Shown: positions 9,151 to 19,873 of the stretch, in pieces
How positions within the stretch are numbered: the first letter of the stretch is position 1
Layout: each line of letters begins with the position of its first letter
DNA from: Candidatus Latescibacterota bacterium
Lineage (GTDB): Bacteria > Latescibacterota > UBA2968 > UBA8231
DNA length: 64,000 nt
Assembly (NCBI GenBank): GCA_965215195.1
Contig: CBDCDC010000002.1
Coordinates: 512,001-576,000, forward strand
Direction of reading: 5' to 3'
Program-made: the position numbers and the translations under genes
Notes under the pieces: generated by a model
Told to the model about the DNA's origin: nothing
Databases searched by the model: none
The model's input: only the letters and a program-made list of their open reading frames with translations

Positions 9151-11727
9151 TTGCTCAACGTGGCCGAGCTAGCGCCTGCTTCCCCCAATGGGGCGTCTGG
9201 GCCTTCTCCGTTTGGGATGGCGACGGCGCTCAGTTGCCTTTTCCTGTCCGGGGCCGCGAGCCTGTGCTACGAAGTTTGCTGGATCAGAAAGGCCGGCCTG
9301 TTCTTTGGCAGCACGACCTTCGCTTTGGCGACGGTGCTCGCGGTGTTTTTCCTCGGATTGGCCCTCGGCAGTGCCCTAGCCGGTCGCCTGTCGGCGTCGT
9401 TGCAGCACCCGCTGCGGATCTATGGGATCGTCGAGCTGGCCATTGCGGCGTTGGGCCTAGCGAGCAACCCCCTGCTCGATGTGGCCGACGACGGCTACGG
9501 AATGCTCTATCGCTGGGCCGACGGCTCGACGCCTTGGATCGCGCTGGTGCGCTTGGTCTTAGTGGCAGCCGCGATCCTCGTGCCCACGATTCTGATGGGG
9601 ACGACGGTTCCCTTGCTCGCCAAGGCGACCATCCGCCGCCATCGCCGCCTCGGATTTGCCGCCGGCGGTCTCTACGGCATCAACGCGCTGGGAGCGGCCA
9701 CCGGGGCGGCCCTCGCCGGCTTTGGGACCCTGCCGGTTCTGGGGCTCGCCGCGACCATCCACCTCGGGGCGGCCCTCAATGGTTTGTGTGGCGTTGCCGT
9801 GCTGCTGGCCTGCTGGCAAACGAGCTCGGCTCCGCTGGCCGAGCCGCCCGAGACCGACGCGGGCAGGACGCTGCGCATACCCGTGCTGCTGCCGTTGTTC
9901 TTTCTGACCGGGTTCGTGGGCGTGGCCATCGAGATTCTGTGGGCGCGCTACTTGCCCCTGATGATTACCAGTTCGGTGCATGCGTACACCCTGCCGCTCG
10001 TCGTGGTTCTGCTCGGCATCGGCATTGGCAGCCTCGTCATCGCGCCGCTGTGCGACCGCAGCCGGCATTTAGTCGTGGTCTTCGGCATGCTCCAGGCGTT
10101 CACCGGGCTGAGTGTCCTAGTTGCGATGAAGCTGCCCCGGGACCTCTGGACGGCACTCGCGGAGGCCGCTCCAGACTTGATCAGCGCCAACCACTTCGCG
10201 GGCCTGCACGGCGTCGTATTGCTGCCGGGCGCGCTGGCTTCGGGCGCTTCGTTTCCCCTCGTGGTCCGGCTGGTGTCGCGGAACGTGGCCGACGCGAGTT
10301 GGACGATCGGTCGGCTGACGGCCATCAATACCGCCGGTGCTATTGCGAGCGCGGTGCTCATGGCCTGGGGGCTTTCTTGGTTGGGGCTCGACCTCGCGCT
10401 GCGGACGGTCACCGGCTTGGCCATCGTCGGGGCCTGCGTGGTCTTTGCCGCCGGGGCCGGCCGCCAGATGGGGTGGGGCGTTGCTGTATTGCTGATTGCC
10501 TTGAGTGCAATTGGGTGGGGACTCGCCGCGACCTTGCTCAAGACGCGGCTTCCCCACGATTATCTGGCCTCCGAGGGAACCCTGCTCGAAGTGGTGGAGG
10601 GCCAAGGTGCCAGCCTGGCCGTGGTGCAACTCGAAGACAAGGTGCTGCTCGGGATCGACCGCTTGTGGCAGGGTTCAAACAAGAAGAACCAGCAGACCTT
10701 TGCCGGCCATCTGCCCATGTTGCTGCGCGGCGATGGCAACGGGACGGAGGTGCTCGTAGTGGGTATGGGTACTGGCCAAGCCGCCGGGCGATTTCTGTTG
10801 TGGGATGTCCAGCGGCTCGATTGCTTGGATGTGGAAGTGGCTGTTTTCGATCTCGCCCGCCGCTACTTTGGCGCGACTTGGCTAGACGACCCTCGGGTGC
10901 GCGCCCTAGCGGAAGACGGGCGGGATTACATCCGCCACAGCCAAGCCCGCTACGATGTGATCGGCATTGAAGTGGGCCAACTCTTTCGCCCGGGAGTCGT
11001 TTCCTTTTACACCAAAGACTTTTACCAGCGCCTCAGACAGCGGCTAAAGCCCGGCGGCCTAGTGACGCAATTCGTGCCGCTGCGGATGCTTTCCACGCCG
11101 CAGGTGCTCGACATCATCGCCACCTTCATCCGCGTCTTTCCGCAGAGCCAGCTCTGGTTCAATGGGCCGGAGTTTGTCTTGATCGGCCGCCGGGCCGCTG
11201 CTTTTGCGCTCGACATCCCATCCCTCGAAGAGCGGCTGAGGAGGCCCGAAATTCGCCGCGATCTGCAGTACCGGCACCCGCTGGACGCGAATACGGGGTG
11301 GCTCAACGAGTCCGACAGCGTGTTGGGGAGCTTCTTAGCGTCGGCTGAGGATTTGAGCACTCTAAGTCGCGGGGGGCGGATTCTCACCGATGACGTGCCT
11401 AGGTTTGACTACGAACTCAACCCGCGTCAAGATATCGAGGTGCGCACCGTGGGTGCTTTACTTGCGATCGAAAAACCCTTGCACAAGGCGGCCACTGCCG
11501 CGCTCGACAAGAGGCGCATGACCCGCATCGAACAAAGGCGCAAACAAAATCTGTACGCCTTGGCCAACTTGATCGTCGAGCGCGGCAACAAAGCCTTACA
11601 AGCCGGGCAACTGGAGCGGGCCGAGCGGACTGCGCGGGAAGTGCTGGCCGAGGTGCCGGGGCATACGAGGGCACTTTGGCTGCTCAAAAGGATTGAGGTA
11701 GAGGGAATCGACGAGAATGAGTATTGA
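9151..11727 (+). CDS. Fused membrane domain/spermidine-synthase-like SAM-dependent transferase with C-terminal TPR-like helices (true start may be ATG 9217)
   Basis: FLSGAASLCYEVCW..., GGLYGINALG membrane repeats; VLVVGMGTG, EDGRDYI, YDVIG, LKPGG, LTDD motifs. Confidence 0.85.
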   Translation: MLNVAELAPASPNGASGPSPFGMATALSCLFLSGAASLCYEVCWIRKAGLFFGSTTFALATVLAVFFLGLALGSALAGRLSASLQHPLRIYGIVELAIAALGLASNPLLDVADDGYGMLYRWADGSTPWIALVRLVLVAAAILVPTILMGTTVPLLAKATIRRHRRLGFAAGGLYGINALGAATGAALAGFGTLPVLGLAATIHLGAALNGLCGVAVLLACWQTSSAPLAEPPETDAGRTLRIPVLLPLFFLTGFVGVAIEILWARYLPLMITSSVHAYTLPLVVVLLGIGIGSLVIAPLCDRSRHLVVVFGMLQAFTGLSVLVAMKLPRDLWTALAEAAPDLISANHFAGLHGVVLLPGALASGASFPLVVRLVSRNVADASWTIGRLTAINTAGAIASAVLMAWGLSWLGLDLALRTVTGLAIVGACVVFAAGAGRQMGWGVAVLLIALSAIGWGLAATLLKTRLPHDYLASEGTLLEVVEGQGASLAVVQLEDKVLLGIDRLWQGSNKKNQQTFAGHLPMLLRGDGNGTEVLVVGMGTGQAAGRFLLWDVQRLDCLDVEVAVFDLARRYFGATWLDDPRVRALAEDGRDYIRHSQARYDVIGIEVGQLFRPGVVSFYTKDFYQRLRQRLKPGGLVTQFVPLRMLSTPQVLDIIATFIRVFPQSQLWFNGPEFVLIGRRAAAFALDIPSLEERLRRPEIRRDLQYRHPLDANTGWLNESDSVLGSFLASAEDLSTLSRGGRILTDDVPRFDYELNPRQDIEVRTVGALLAIEKPLHKAATAALDKRRMTRIEQRRKQNLYALANLIVERGNKALQAGQLERAERTAREVLAEVPGHTRALWLLKRIEVEGIDENEY

Positions 11728-11739
11728 GGACAGGCCCTT

Positions 11740-13617
11740 TCAGTGCGCCGCGTACACGACGCCGGTTTTCTCGACCTTTCCCCGGTCGGTATTGGCCGAG
11801 ACCCGATACAGGTAAATCCCCGGCCGCACCAAACCGCCGGCCTCGTCCCGACCATCCCACGCCCGCTCGTACTCGCCGATCCCATCCGCGCCCGCATACA
11901 CCTGCCGCACCCGGCGAGCTGACAAGTCCCACACTTCCACCGCTACCTGCGCACGGCCCGTAATCTCCAAGATGTGGTAGTAGATACCTATCCCGTCATT
12001 GCGGCCATCGCCATTGGGCGTGAAAATGGTTGGCTCAACTCGCACCTGCAACAGCTTCTGCTCCTGCGCGGCGGTGACCACCGACACCCGGTTGCCCTCG
12101 TATTTCGCCGTAGCGTCCCCGGCATTGACCCCCTGCGGCACCTCCAAAGGCTGGTCGCTGTCCGACACCTGCGCCGCAAAGATAGCTCCGTAGCGCAGCA
12201 CCTGTGCTGCGAAATCGACCTCGACCAGTGCCCCCGAATCCTGCTCCTCAAGGCGCGGAAAACTGACCGCTAGCCGATGCGGCTCCGCGGCTTCCACCGC
12301 AAAGGCCACGGGCGCATCGCCGATGCGCACGGCCTCCACCGCGCTGATGATGGAGGAAGTCTCAATTTCCAGCCGGTCAAAGCCGACATCTCCTCGGTGA
12401 ATCGTCGGCCGCAACGCATAGGTGAAGGACGATTGCTGCCCCACTTTTGCTTCGACCGGCCAGATTTCGCCCACCAAGTTCGTCGCCACCGGCTCAGAGA
12501 CGCGCAACTCCACGAAACCCACCCGGCCGCCGTTGTTTTCTTGCGGCAGAAAATCGACCTTGAACTGGAAGTAGCGTCTGGGGCTTGCCGACACCACCGG
12601 CGTACCGCTGCTGTCGGCAAAATCATAGGGCGCCGACCAGAAGGTCCAGTGGTTGAGGTCGTGGGTGATGCCGGCCCTTTCGTTGCGTTTGAGGCCGTTG
12701 TAGGCGGCGCGACTCACCTCGGTTTTGCTGCCGCGGCCGGTGAAGCGCCAGAATGCGTCCGCATCGTCGTCTAAGCCGCTGCGGGTCTGGATGAGGACTT
12801 GGGCGCCGGGCTCCTGAACGCCGGACCAGCGCAGGTCTCCCCAGGCCATGGGCCGCTCGAAATCGATGACATCGGAAATATAGGTGGCCTGTTTGACGAA
12901 CCCCTTGGCGTAAACTTCTATTTCGTTCACTTCCCAGGCCGTGTTGTGCTCGGCCAAGGCCACCTGGACAAACTCTACTGGCTCGTGCGATGGAATGGGA
13001 ATGTCGAGGATTTGCTCCCGGTTGTCTCTCACCTCGACGATCCAAGGCGATTTCGGAGGAACGATGCCGTAGTTGACTATGGGTAGCGGGCCGAGGTGGA
13101 CGCGGAGGATTCCCACGGTTCGGCCCGGGTCGGTAAACCCGGATATGACCCGAATCCGGTCGATGTTGTAGAGGCCGCCTAGGAAGATATTGGCCGTGCC
13201 CGCCCGACTGAAATCATCGGTGCAGGCCCCGGATCTGATACTGTGTTCGGCGCACAGGTACTTTTCCGCCAGCCAGAAAGTACCCGGGTCCCCATCCCAC
13301 ACCTCTACATTCACATCGGCTCTTAAATACTCTCCCCCTTTTTCTTCGATTCCGGGTGCTATGTTGAAGTCTGGATTGCGTTTGAGGGGCTGGATACCAG
13401 TACTATCCACGGCCAAGTCAATGGTTTCTCCATGAGGTTCGGCATCGAAATCCAGCCAACTCAACTGTCTGAAGTCCACCCCGGTACGGCCTTCTTCAGG
13501 AGGTTTGGGCCGATTTTCACCCCCGAACCGGTAAATGGTCAGACCCGAGACCGGGCCGGCCCAAAGGCCGATCGCCGAAAAAACCCAGACTAGAGAAAGG
13601 AATCGCGCTGCTTTCAT
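11740..13617 (-). CDS. Secreted FlgD-Ig/gliding-motility-CTD-like protein, paralog of 2583..4487
   Basis: Signal peptide then IYRFGGEN; IQTRSG, WTFWSAPY, LVGEIWP, GFDRL, FTPNGDGRND, WDGRD...PGIYLYR shared with the upstream paralogs. Confidence 0.8.
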   Translation of the reverse strand: MKAARFLSLVWVFSAIGLWAGPVSGLTIYRFGGENRPKPPEEGRTGVDFRQLSWLDFDAEPHGETIDLAVDSTGIQPLKRNPDFNIAPGIEEKGGEYLRADVNVEVWDGDPGTFWLAEKYLCAEHSIRSGACTDDFSRAGTANIFLGGLYNIDRIRVISGFTDPGRTVGILRVHLGPLPIVNYGIVPPKSPWIVEVRDNREQILDIPIPSHEPVEFVQVALAEHNTAWEVNEIEVYAKGFVKQATYISDVIDFERPMAWGDLRWSGVQEPGAQVLIQTRSGLDDDADAFWRFTGRGSKTEVSRAAYNGLKRNERAGITHDLNHWTFWSAPYDFADSSGTPVVSASPRRYFQFKVDFLPQENNGGRVGFVELRVSEPVATNLVGEIWPVEAKVGQQSSFTYALRPTIHRGDVGFDRLEIETSSIISAVEAVRIGDAPVAFAVEAAEPHRLAVSFPRLEEQDSGALVEVDFAAQVLRYGAIFAAQVSDSDQPLEVPQGVNAGDATAKYEGNRVSVVTAAQEQKLLQVRVEPTIFTPNGDGRNDGIGIYYHILEITGRAQVAVEVWDLSARRVRQVYAGADGIGEYERAWDGRDEAGGLVRPGIYLYRVSANTDRGKVEKTGVVYAAH

Positions 13618-13639
13618 CGACGTTCACCCCACAAATTAA

Positions 13640-13693
13640 GACCTACCCGCTAGCCCTCCTTCCGACGCGGAAAGAGGGCCGGGAGGATAGGTC
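13640..13693 (-). terminator. Long hairpin followed by a U-rich tract; terminator/attenuator after the act-cox operon
   Basis: Minus strand GACCTATCC..GCCCTCTTTCCG-CGT-CGGAAGGAGGGC..GGGTAGGTC followed by TTAATTT; stem mismatches are G-U on this strand. Confidence 0.55.
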
Positions 13694-13788
13694 CGGCACA
13701 GAACCGGAAACGACTGCCGGCGGGTGTCGGGTAGTACGGTCGAAAGATAGCGTTGACTCGGCAATTCTCGCTAAGGCCCGGCGTGGGC

Positions 13789-14127
13789 TCAGAAGAACGA
13801 CCCTTGCTTGAGAAACTCCACCGGTGCTTCTTCGCCCCAGCCGCGCGTGTAGTAGTCCTGCATGGTCAAGGCCAGCAGGATGCACAGCCAGAAGAAGCCG
13901 GCGACCGCAAATAGCCCGACCAGCTTGGGGCTGTATTTGACGTGCATGAAGAACAAGATGACCAGCGATGCCTTTACTAAAGCGATGATTAAGGCGACGG
14001 GGGTATTCAAAAAGCCCATGTTGACGAAGGCGGCCGCGACGGTGAGGATGGTGCCGATCATCAGGGCGAAGAAGATCAGAAAGTAGATCTTGAGCGGGAC
14101 GACGTGATGTTCGTGGTGTTCAGACAT
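13789..14127 (-). CDS. ctaF: Cytochrome c oxidase subunit IV family protein
   Basis: Three TM helices, KASLVILFFMHVKY motif; ATG overlaps the subunit III stop (TAATG). Confidence 0.85.
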   Translation of the reverse strand: MSEHHEHHVVPLKIYFLIFFALMIGTILTVAAAFVNMGFLNTPVALIIALVKASLVILFFMHVKYSPKLVGLFAVAGFFWLCILLALTMQDYYTRGWGEEAPVEFLKQGSFF

Positions 14128-14795
14128 TAGTGGCGTCCGATCAGATAGAGCAGGGGGAAGAGGAAAATCCACACGATATCCACGAAATGCCAGTAGAGGC
14201 CGCTGATTTCAATCGGCGTAAAGTACTGAGCCGAAATCTCGTTGCGCCGGACCTTGACGATCATCCACAGCATGATGCCAACGCCGATGACCATGTGCAG
14301 GGCGTGCATCCCAGTCATCACGAAGTAAAACGAGAAGAAAATTTTGGCGTTGCCGAGCGAGACTTCCGGAGAGGCCGGGTCGTTCCACTGAAACATGCTG
14401 CCCGGGATGAGGTTATCGTGCCACTTGGAGCTGTACTCGATGTACTTGACGCCTAAAAAGGCGCAGCCGAGAATGATCGTAGCGACGAGCCATCCCGTAA
14501 TTGCGTTGCGACCAGCATTGGTCTGGGCGGCGCGGACGGCCAGCGCCATGGTCAGGCTGCTGGCGATCAGCACGATGGTGTTGAAGGTGCCCCAGCCAAT
14601 GCTGAGAAGGTAAGAGCCAGCGGTGAAGGCTTCGATATACTTGTAGCGATACACAGTATAGGCACCGAATAGCCCCCCGAAGAACAGGATTTCTTGGATG
14701 ATGAACGCCCACATGCCGAGACTGGCGGCTTCGTATTGCTGCTCAGCCGTCTCGAACTGGTGTAGGTGGTGGGCGCTATGTGCGTGCTCAGACAA
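14127..14795 (-). CDS. ctaE: Cytochrome c oxidase subunit III
   Basis: [52 protein letters not shown]. Confidence 0.95.
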   Translation of the reverse strand: MSEHAHSAHHLHQFETAEQQYEAASLGMWAFIIQEILFFGGLFGAYTVYRYKYIEAFTAGSYLLSIGWGTFNTIVLIASSLTMALAVRAAQTNAGRNAITGWLVATIILGCAFLGVKYIEYSSKWHDNLIPGSMFQWNDPASPEVSLGNAKIFFSFYFVMTGMHALHMVIGVGIMLWMIVKVRRNEISAQYFTPIEISGLYWHFVDIVWIFLFPLLYLIGRH

Positions 14796-16455
14796 CTCGA
14801 TCCTCCTTAGCGCGTTCAGGTACTGCCTCGGTGCTCGGCAGTGCTGGTTCCTCCTCGCCGTAGGGATAGGCTTCCCAGGTAACTATCGGGATGGCTTCAA
14901 AGTTGTGGGCTATGGGCGGCGAGGGTATGTCCCATTCGAGACCCTTGGCTTGGAACGGATTAGCCGGGGCCTTTTCCCCCTTGAACAGGGACCAGAGGAG
15001 ATAGACAATGGTCAGGGAGAAGCCCAGCCCGAGGACAGTGGCACCGGCCGTGGACATGATGTTGAGGGCTTGCCATTCCTCGGGATAGGCGTGATAGCGC
15101 CGCGGCATTCCCAAGTAACCCAAGATAAATTGGGGAAAGAAGGTCAAGTTGAACCCGGCAAAGACGAACATGACGCCGAGCTTGGCCGCCCCTTCCGAGT
15201 ACATGCGTCCGGTCATTTTGGGCCACCAAAAATGCAGGCCACAGAGGAACCCCATGACCATGCCGCCCACCATGACATAGTGAAAGTGGGCGACCACGAA
15301 GTAGGTGTCGTGGAGATGGACGTCTAGGCCCAAGGTGGAGAGGAACAGGCCGGTCAGGCCGCCGATAGTGAAAAGGCCGATAAAGCCCATCACGTAGAGC
15401 ATGGGCGAGTCTAGCTTAACCGAGGCTTTGTGGAGGGTGAAGGACCAGTTGAAAATTTTGATGGCCGTGGGTACGGCGATGAAGAAGGTGATGAAGGAAA
15501 AGACCATGCTGGCATAGGTGGATTGGCCCGATACGAACAAATGGTGGCCCCAGACGAGAAAGCCGAGGACGGCGATGGCCAGCGAAGAAAAAGCCACAAA
15601 GGAATAGCCGAAGACGCGCTTGCGCGAGAAGCAAGCTACGACTTCGCTGATGACGGCAAAGCCCGGCAGGATCATGATATATACGGCTGGATGCGAGTAA
15701 AACCAGAACATGTGCTGAAAGAGCACCGGGTCGCCGCCGTAATTGGGGTCAAAGATGCCGATCTTGAAGACGCGCTCAAAGCAGACCAGCAACAAGGTGA
15801 TGGCCACCACCGGGGTGCCTAGGACCTGAATCAGGCTGGTCGCGTAGTGCCCCCATATAAAAAGCGGCAAGCGGAACCACGTCATGCCCGGGGCCCGCAT
15901 CTTGTGGATGGTGACCATGAAGTTGACCCCGGTGAGGATCGAAGAGAAGCCGTTGACAAAAACGCCGACTAAGGCCAAGGAAACGAACGAAGTGGAATAC
16001 GTGCTGCTGTAAGGCGTGTAAAAAGTCCAACCCGTATCAATGCCCCCCATGATGATGGCCAGCACGGCGAAGGCCCCGCCGGCTGTGTAGAGATAGTAGC
16101 TGAGGAGATTCAGGCGGGGGAAGGCCACGTCCCGCGCGCCGATCTGCAGGGGAATGAGAAAGTTGCCCAGTACCGCTGGGATGGAAGGGATGAGGAAGAA
16201 GAAGATCATCACCACGCCGTGCATGGTGAAGAGCTTGTTGTAGGTCTCGGCTTCGACCAAATCGCCTTTGGGCGTCATCAACTCAAAGCGAATGAGGCTG
16301 GCAAATATGCTGCCGACCAAGAAGAAGATCGCCAGCGTTATCAAGTAGAGGATACCGATGCGCTTGTGGTCTAGGGTCAGGAGCCAAGATTTGATCCCGT
16401 ACGTTTCGTTGAGGTAGTTTCTCGGCTCGCCGTTGGCGCTGATTGCATGGCTCAT
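14788..16455 (-). CDS. ctaD: Cytochrome c oxidase subunit I (type A2)
   Basis: [25 protein letters not shown] (A2 signature), [21 protein letters not shown]. Confidence 0.97.
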   Translation of the reverse strand: MSHAISANGEPRNYLNETYGIKSWLLTLDHKRIGILYLITLAIFFLVGSIFASLIRFELMTPKGDLVEAETYNKLFTMHGVVMIFFFLIPSIPAVLGNFLIPLQIGARDVAFPRLNLLSYYLYTAGGAFAVLAIIMGGIDTGWTFYTPYSSTYSTSFVSLALVGVFVNGFSSILTGVNFMVTIHKMRAPGMTWFRLPLFIWGHYATSLIQVLGTPVVAITLLLVCFERVFKIGIFDPNYGGDPVLFQHMFWFYSHPAVYIMILPGFAVISEVVACFSRKRVFGYSFVAFSSLAIAVLGFLVWGHHLFVSGQSTYASMVFSFITFFIAVPTAIKIFNWSFTLHKASVKLDSPMLYVMGFIGLFTIGGLTGLFLSTLGLDVHLHDTYFVVAHFHYVMVGGMVMGFLCGLHFWWPKMTGRMYSEGAAKLGVMFVFAGFNLTFFPQFILGYLGMPRRYHAYPEEWQALNIMSTAGATVLGLGFSLTIVYLLWSLFKGEKAPANPFQAKGLEWDIPSPPIAHNFEAIPIVTWEAYPYGEEEPALPSTEAVPERAKEDRVV

Positions 16456-16480
16456 GGCTTGAATGACCTCGTTGAGATGT

Positions 16481-17416
16481 TCACTCTGCGGACTCACTCA
16501 GGGATTTGATATAGGACGCGATTTGCAACAGCGACTGCTCGCTGATCTGCCCCTCGAAGACGGGCATAATCGGCTCGTACCCGGCGACTATTTTGGCCGT
16601 GGGCTGGAGTATGGACTCGCGGATATAGTCGCTATCGACGACGATCTCCTGCCCGTTGCTGAGCGTTACCGACTTGTCGTACAACCCGACCAGCGAAGGG
16701 CCGCGCCCCGTGGCCGTGGATTTGTGGCAGGTCTCGCAGCCGAGTTGCTGGAACTGGCGTTCGCCCGCCTCAACCATGGATTCGCCGCTGGATGCTCCCG
16801 CCAGCCAGTCGTGGTAATCCGCCGGCTCTAACACGATCACCTTGCCGATCATACCCGAGTGCTGGGTGCCGCAATACTCGGCGCAAAACAAGTGGAACTC
16901 GCCCGTCTGCGTGGCCTCGAACCACAGGGTCGTGTAGCGCCCGGGCAGCACGTCGTTTTTGACCCGGAAGGCCGGGATGAAAAAGTCGTGGATTACGTCC
17001 TCTGAAGTCATGGTCAGGCGGACGGGCTGGCCCTTGGGCACGTGTAGGGTATTGATTTCTCGCTTGCCCGATTCGTGCTGGATTTTCCACATCCACTGCT
17101 TGCCGACCGCGTAGATCTCCAAGGGGTCGGACGGAGACCGCTGGAGCCGGAAGAAGACATCGGCGCCGAGCAAAAAGACGAAAAGCGCGAGAAAGAGCGG
17201 AACGATGGTCCAAGACAGTTCGAGGACGAGATTGCCGTGAGTCTGCTCGGGCTGTTCGTCTTCCGAGCGGCGGCGGTACTTGATGGCGAAGATGATTACC
17301 ATGCCGAAGACGAGCAGGCAGAAGACCACAGTCAAGACGAGCAGAAATGCGTACAGGGCATCTACTTGCCAGGCGATGGTGGAGGCTTGGGCGGGAAAAA
17401 GTGGAAAGTCGGACAT
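16481..17416 (-). CDS. ctaC: Cytochrome c oxidase subunit II with fused cytochrome c (caa3 type)
   Basis: QWMW, DVIHDF, CuA motif [13 protein letters not shown]-terminal CETCH heme c. Confidence 0.95.
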   Translation of the reverse strand: MSDFPLFPAQASTIAWQVDALYAFLLVLTVVFCLLVFGMVIIFAIKYRRRSEDEQPEQTHGNLVLELSWTIVPLFLALFVFLLGADVFFRLQRSPSDPLEIYAVGKQWMWKIQHESGKREINTLHVPKGQPVRLTMTSEDVIHDFFIPAFRVKNDVLPGRYTTLWFEATQTGEFHLFCAEYCGTQHSGMIGKVIVLEPADYHDWLAGASSGESMVEAGERQFQQLGCETCHKSTATGRGPSLVGLYDKSVTLSNGQEIVVDSDYIRESILQPTAKIVAGYEPIMPVFEGQISEQSLLQIASYIKSLSESAE

Positions 17417-17434
17417 GCGGTTCAAGGCTCCGAA

Positions 17435-18256
17435 CTAGTTGAGCTGAGGTTTGCTGTGCTCCCGCTTGAGCATAGCAATGATAAAGGCAGCGAGAGCTAG
17501 CACCGTAACTAGCCCACCGATGCGCAGGGAATTGCGGATGTAGAGACCGTATTTGCCGGTTAGTGGGTCGTAGCTATAGCAAAGCAAGAGTAGCTGATCG
17601 ACCGGATTGCCAATGGTCCCGTCGGCTGCTTCGACGAGGCCCCAGCGCAAGTCGCGCGGGGGGTAGTCAATGCCGTAGAGATAGCGCGCCAGTTTGCCTT
17701 CCGGCGTCAGCACCATCAAGCCGCTGGCGTGGATGTACTGGTCGGTGTCTTCGTCGTATGCGTAGCGAAAGCCGACGGCGGCGGCGAGTTGCTCAATCTG
17801 GTCTTGCTCGCCGGTGAGGAAATGCCAGCCGGTAGAACCATTGCGACCGCGGTAGTTTTTGCTGTACTCGGCTTTTTTGGCCGCGGCCAATTCCGGCGTT
17901 TCCCCGGGATCGACGCTAATGGTCAAGACGTCGAAATCCGTTCCAATGCCAAAACTCAGCACGTTCATTGCCCGCAAGAGGCTGTTCAGCACTTGGGTGC
18001 AGAGCATGGGGCACTCGTAGTACACCAAGGTCAGCACAATGGGCTTTTTGCCGAAGTATTGGCGCAGCAAGGTGCGCTCGCCGCTGGAGTTGGTGAATTC
18101 GAGATCCAAGGGGATCTGTTCGCCCAGTTTCTGGTCGATGCCGATGCGCTCTTGTAGCTGCTGGGTATAGCTTTGCGCCCCGGTCTGGCCGGCTAGCAGC
18201 AGGGCCAATGCCAATAAGATCGCGCTGCGCGAGAATGTAGTTGTAGCCCTGCTCAT
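17435..18256 (-). CDS. SCO family copper chaperone
   Basis: YYECPMLC (CxxxC), WHFLTG, YIHASG; position in the act-cox operon. Confidence 0.9.
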   Translation of the reverse strand: MSRATTTFSRSAILLALALLLAGQTGAQSYTQQLQERIGIDQKLGEQIPLDLEFTNSSGERTLLRQYFGKKPIVLTLVYYECPMLCTQVLNSLLRAMNVLSFGIGTDFDVLTISVDPGETPELAAAKKAEYSKNYRGRNGSTGWHFLTGEQDQIEQLAAAVGFRYAYDEDTDQYIHASGLMVLTPEGKLARYLYGIDYPPRDLRWGLVEAADGTIGNPVDQLLLLCYSYDPLTGKYGLYIRNSLRIGGLVTVLALAAFIIAMLKREHSKPQLN

Positions 18257-18645
18257 GGTGCCTTTGGCGCGATGAGCGGCATTTTGCCCTCGCTCACCAG
18301 ATCAATCGCTCGCTCAATGGGAATGTGTACTACCTGCACTTGTTGGTCGATCCAGCCATAGGAGCCGAGGAGGGCGGCTTCGCTTTGGGCCAACTCGGAC
18401 TTTTGCTTGGGTGGATCCACCTGTAGCCGCGGCGCGTCGCTGGCAATGCGGTCGGCCACCAGCGGCGGGACCGGATCGTCGAAGAGCGGCTGGTAGTAAG
18501 CGAAAACCCTGAATAAGACGATCATGGCGACAAAGGAAGCGATGACTAGCGCGGCGATAAAAAGGCCGGTCTGGGCCAGTGGCGTTACCCGCGCATCCGT
18601 CGTCTCGTAGCCGGAGTTGTCTCGATGGTGAGTTTGTTCAGCCAT
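18253..18645 (-). CDS. ActG-like single-TM accessory subunit of alternative complex III
   Basis: GYETTD, one TM helix, PRLQ, SYGWID...HIPIERAI; lies between actF and sco. Confidence 0.7.
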   Translation of the reverse strand: MAEQTHHRDNSGYETTDARVTPLAQTGLFIAALVIASFVAMIVLFRVFAYYQPLFDDPVPPLVADRIASDAPRLQVDPPKQKSELAQSEAALLGSYGWIDQQVQVVHIPIERAIDLVSEGKMPLIAPKAP

Positions 18646-19873
18646 GGTTGCTTTCGCCGCGGTAGAGGTCTGCAAAGCGGGGGTCGTTTTGCGCGATCAA
18701 GGCGCGCTTTTTGAGTTGTGCGAAGAAAAGTGCAATGACGATGCCGCCGATGCCGATTGGAATGGCTAGGTCAAGCCAGTGTAGGGCAATCCCGGTGCTG
18801 TGGAAGCTCGGACCCTGCTGGGCGTGGACCTTGGTGAAGGCCGGTGCCGTGATCCAGTACAAATCGACCAAGCGCATGAAAACCAAGCTAGCGGCAATGG
18901 TGCCGAGCAGTTTGGTTTTGGACTTCATGGTGCTGGATATGAGAAAGAGAAAGGGGACGGCAAAGTGGAATGCCAGCAGCCCGTAGCCGACGTATTGCCA
19001 GCCGCCCTCCAAGCGGGTCATGTACCAGGTGATCTCCTCGGGCAAATTGGCCGACCAGATGATGAGCAACTGGGAAAACGAGGTATAGGCCCAGAGCATG
19101 ACGCACGCTAGCATAAAGGTACCCAAGTCGCGCAGGTGCTGCTCGGTAATTACGCCTTGTAGGGGTTCCCGTCGCGAGAGGGGGACGGCAACGAGAAACG
19201 CGAATCCCCAAGCCATCAGCCCCATGCCTATGATGTAGATGATGCCGAAGATCGTCGAGAACCAATGCGGCTCGAGCGACATCAGCCAATCAACCGCGGC
19301 CAGCGTTGCGGTGAGAAAGAAAATGACGATGCCCGGACCGCTCAGAAGCTGCATGCGATGGGTCGGATGCGTCGCTGTCGTCTGATCCTGCTGCCACGAC
19401 CAGCGGTTGAGCAGGAAGGCGAACAGACCCCAAATGGCAAAGTAGAGCACGGTGCGCAAGATAAAGAACGTCTCGTGGAGATAGGGGGCCTTGTGCTCGA
19501 GGATGGCGTCGCCTTGCACTGCGCTCTGGCGCGTCCACTCGTAGAGGTGGTGCAGGCCGAAGAAGAGGATCGGCAGCGACAGCACAAACAGCAGCGGCAA
19601 GGTGCGGGTGGCGGCTTCGAGCAACCGCCGGATCGAAAATCCCCAAGTGCCACCGCCGACGTGGTGGATCATGAGGATGCCCATGCTGCCCAAGGGCAGG
19701 CCAATCCAGAAGGTAAAGGCCAGCAAATACGAGCGGAAGAACTGGTCCTCGTCCGTGAAGTAGCCGACCGCAGCAGCGGCCAAACCGACCAAGCCGACCA
19801 CCAGTGCGCGGCGCTGGAGGTTGTCCAAGTAGGGATGTAGGGCGTCCGACTGTTGGGTAATCGACTCGTTCAT
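18638..19873 (-). CDS. actF: Alternative complex III membrane subunit ActF
   Basis: About 10 TM helices; DWLMSLEPHWFST, WAYTSFSQLLIIWSANLPEE. Confidence 0.9.
   Translation of the reverse strand: MNESITQQSDALHPYLDNLQRRALVVGLVGLAAAAVGYFTDEDQFFRSYLLAFTFWIGLPLGSMGILMIHHVGGGTWGFSIRRLLEAATRTLPLLFVLSLPILFFGLHHLYEWTRQSAVQGDAILEHKAPYLHETFFILRTVLYFAIWGLFAFLLNRWSWQQDQTTATHPTHRMQLLSGPGIVIFFLTATLAAVDWLMSLEPHWFSTIFGIIYIIGMGLMAWGFAFLVAVPLSRREPLQGVITEQHLRDLGTFMLACVMLWAYTSFSQLLIIWSANLPEEITWYMTRLEGGWQYVGYGLLAFHFAVPFLFLISSTMKSKTKLLGTIAASLVFMRLVDLYWITAPAFTKVHAQQGPSFHSTGIALHWLDLAIPIGIGGIVIALFFAQLKKRALIAQNDPRFADLYRGESNHG

Noticed and set aside
9234-10970. 578-aa alternative-frame ORF
   Set aside because: Arg/Gly/Pro-rich shadow inside a well-supported GC-rich gene; no motifs.
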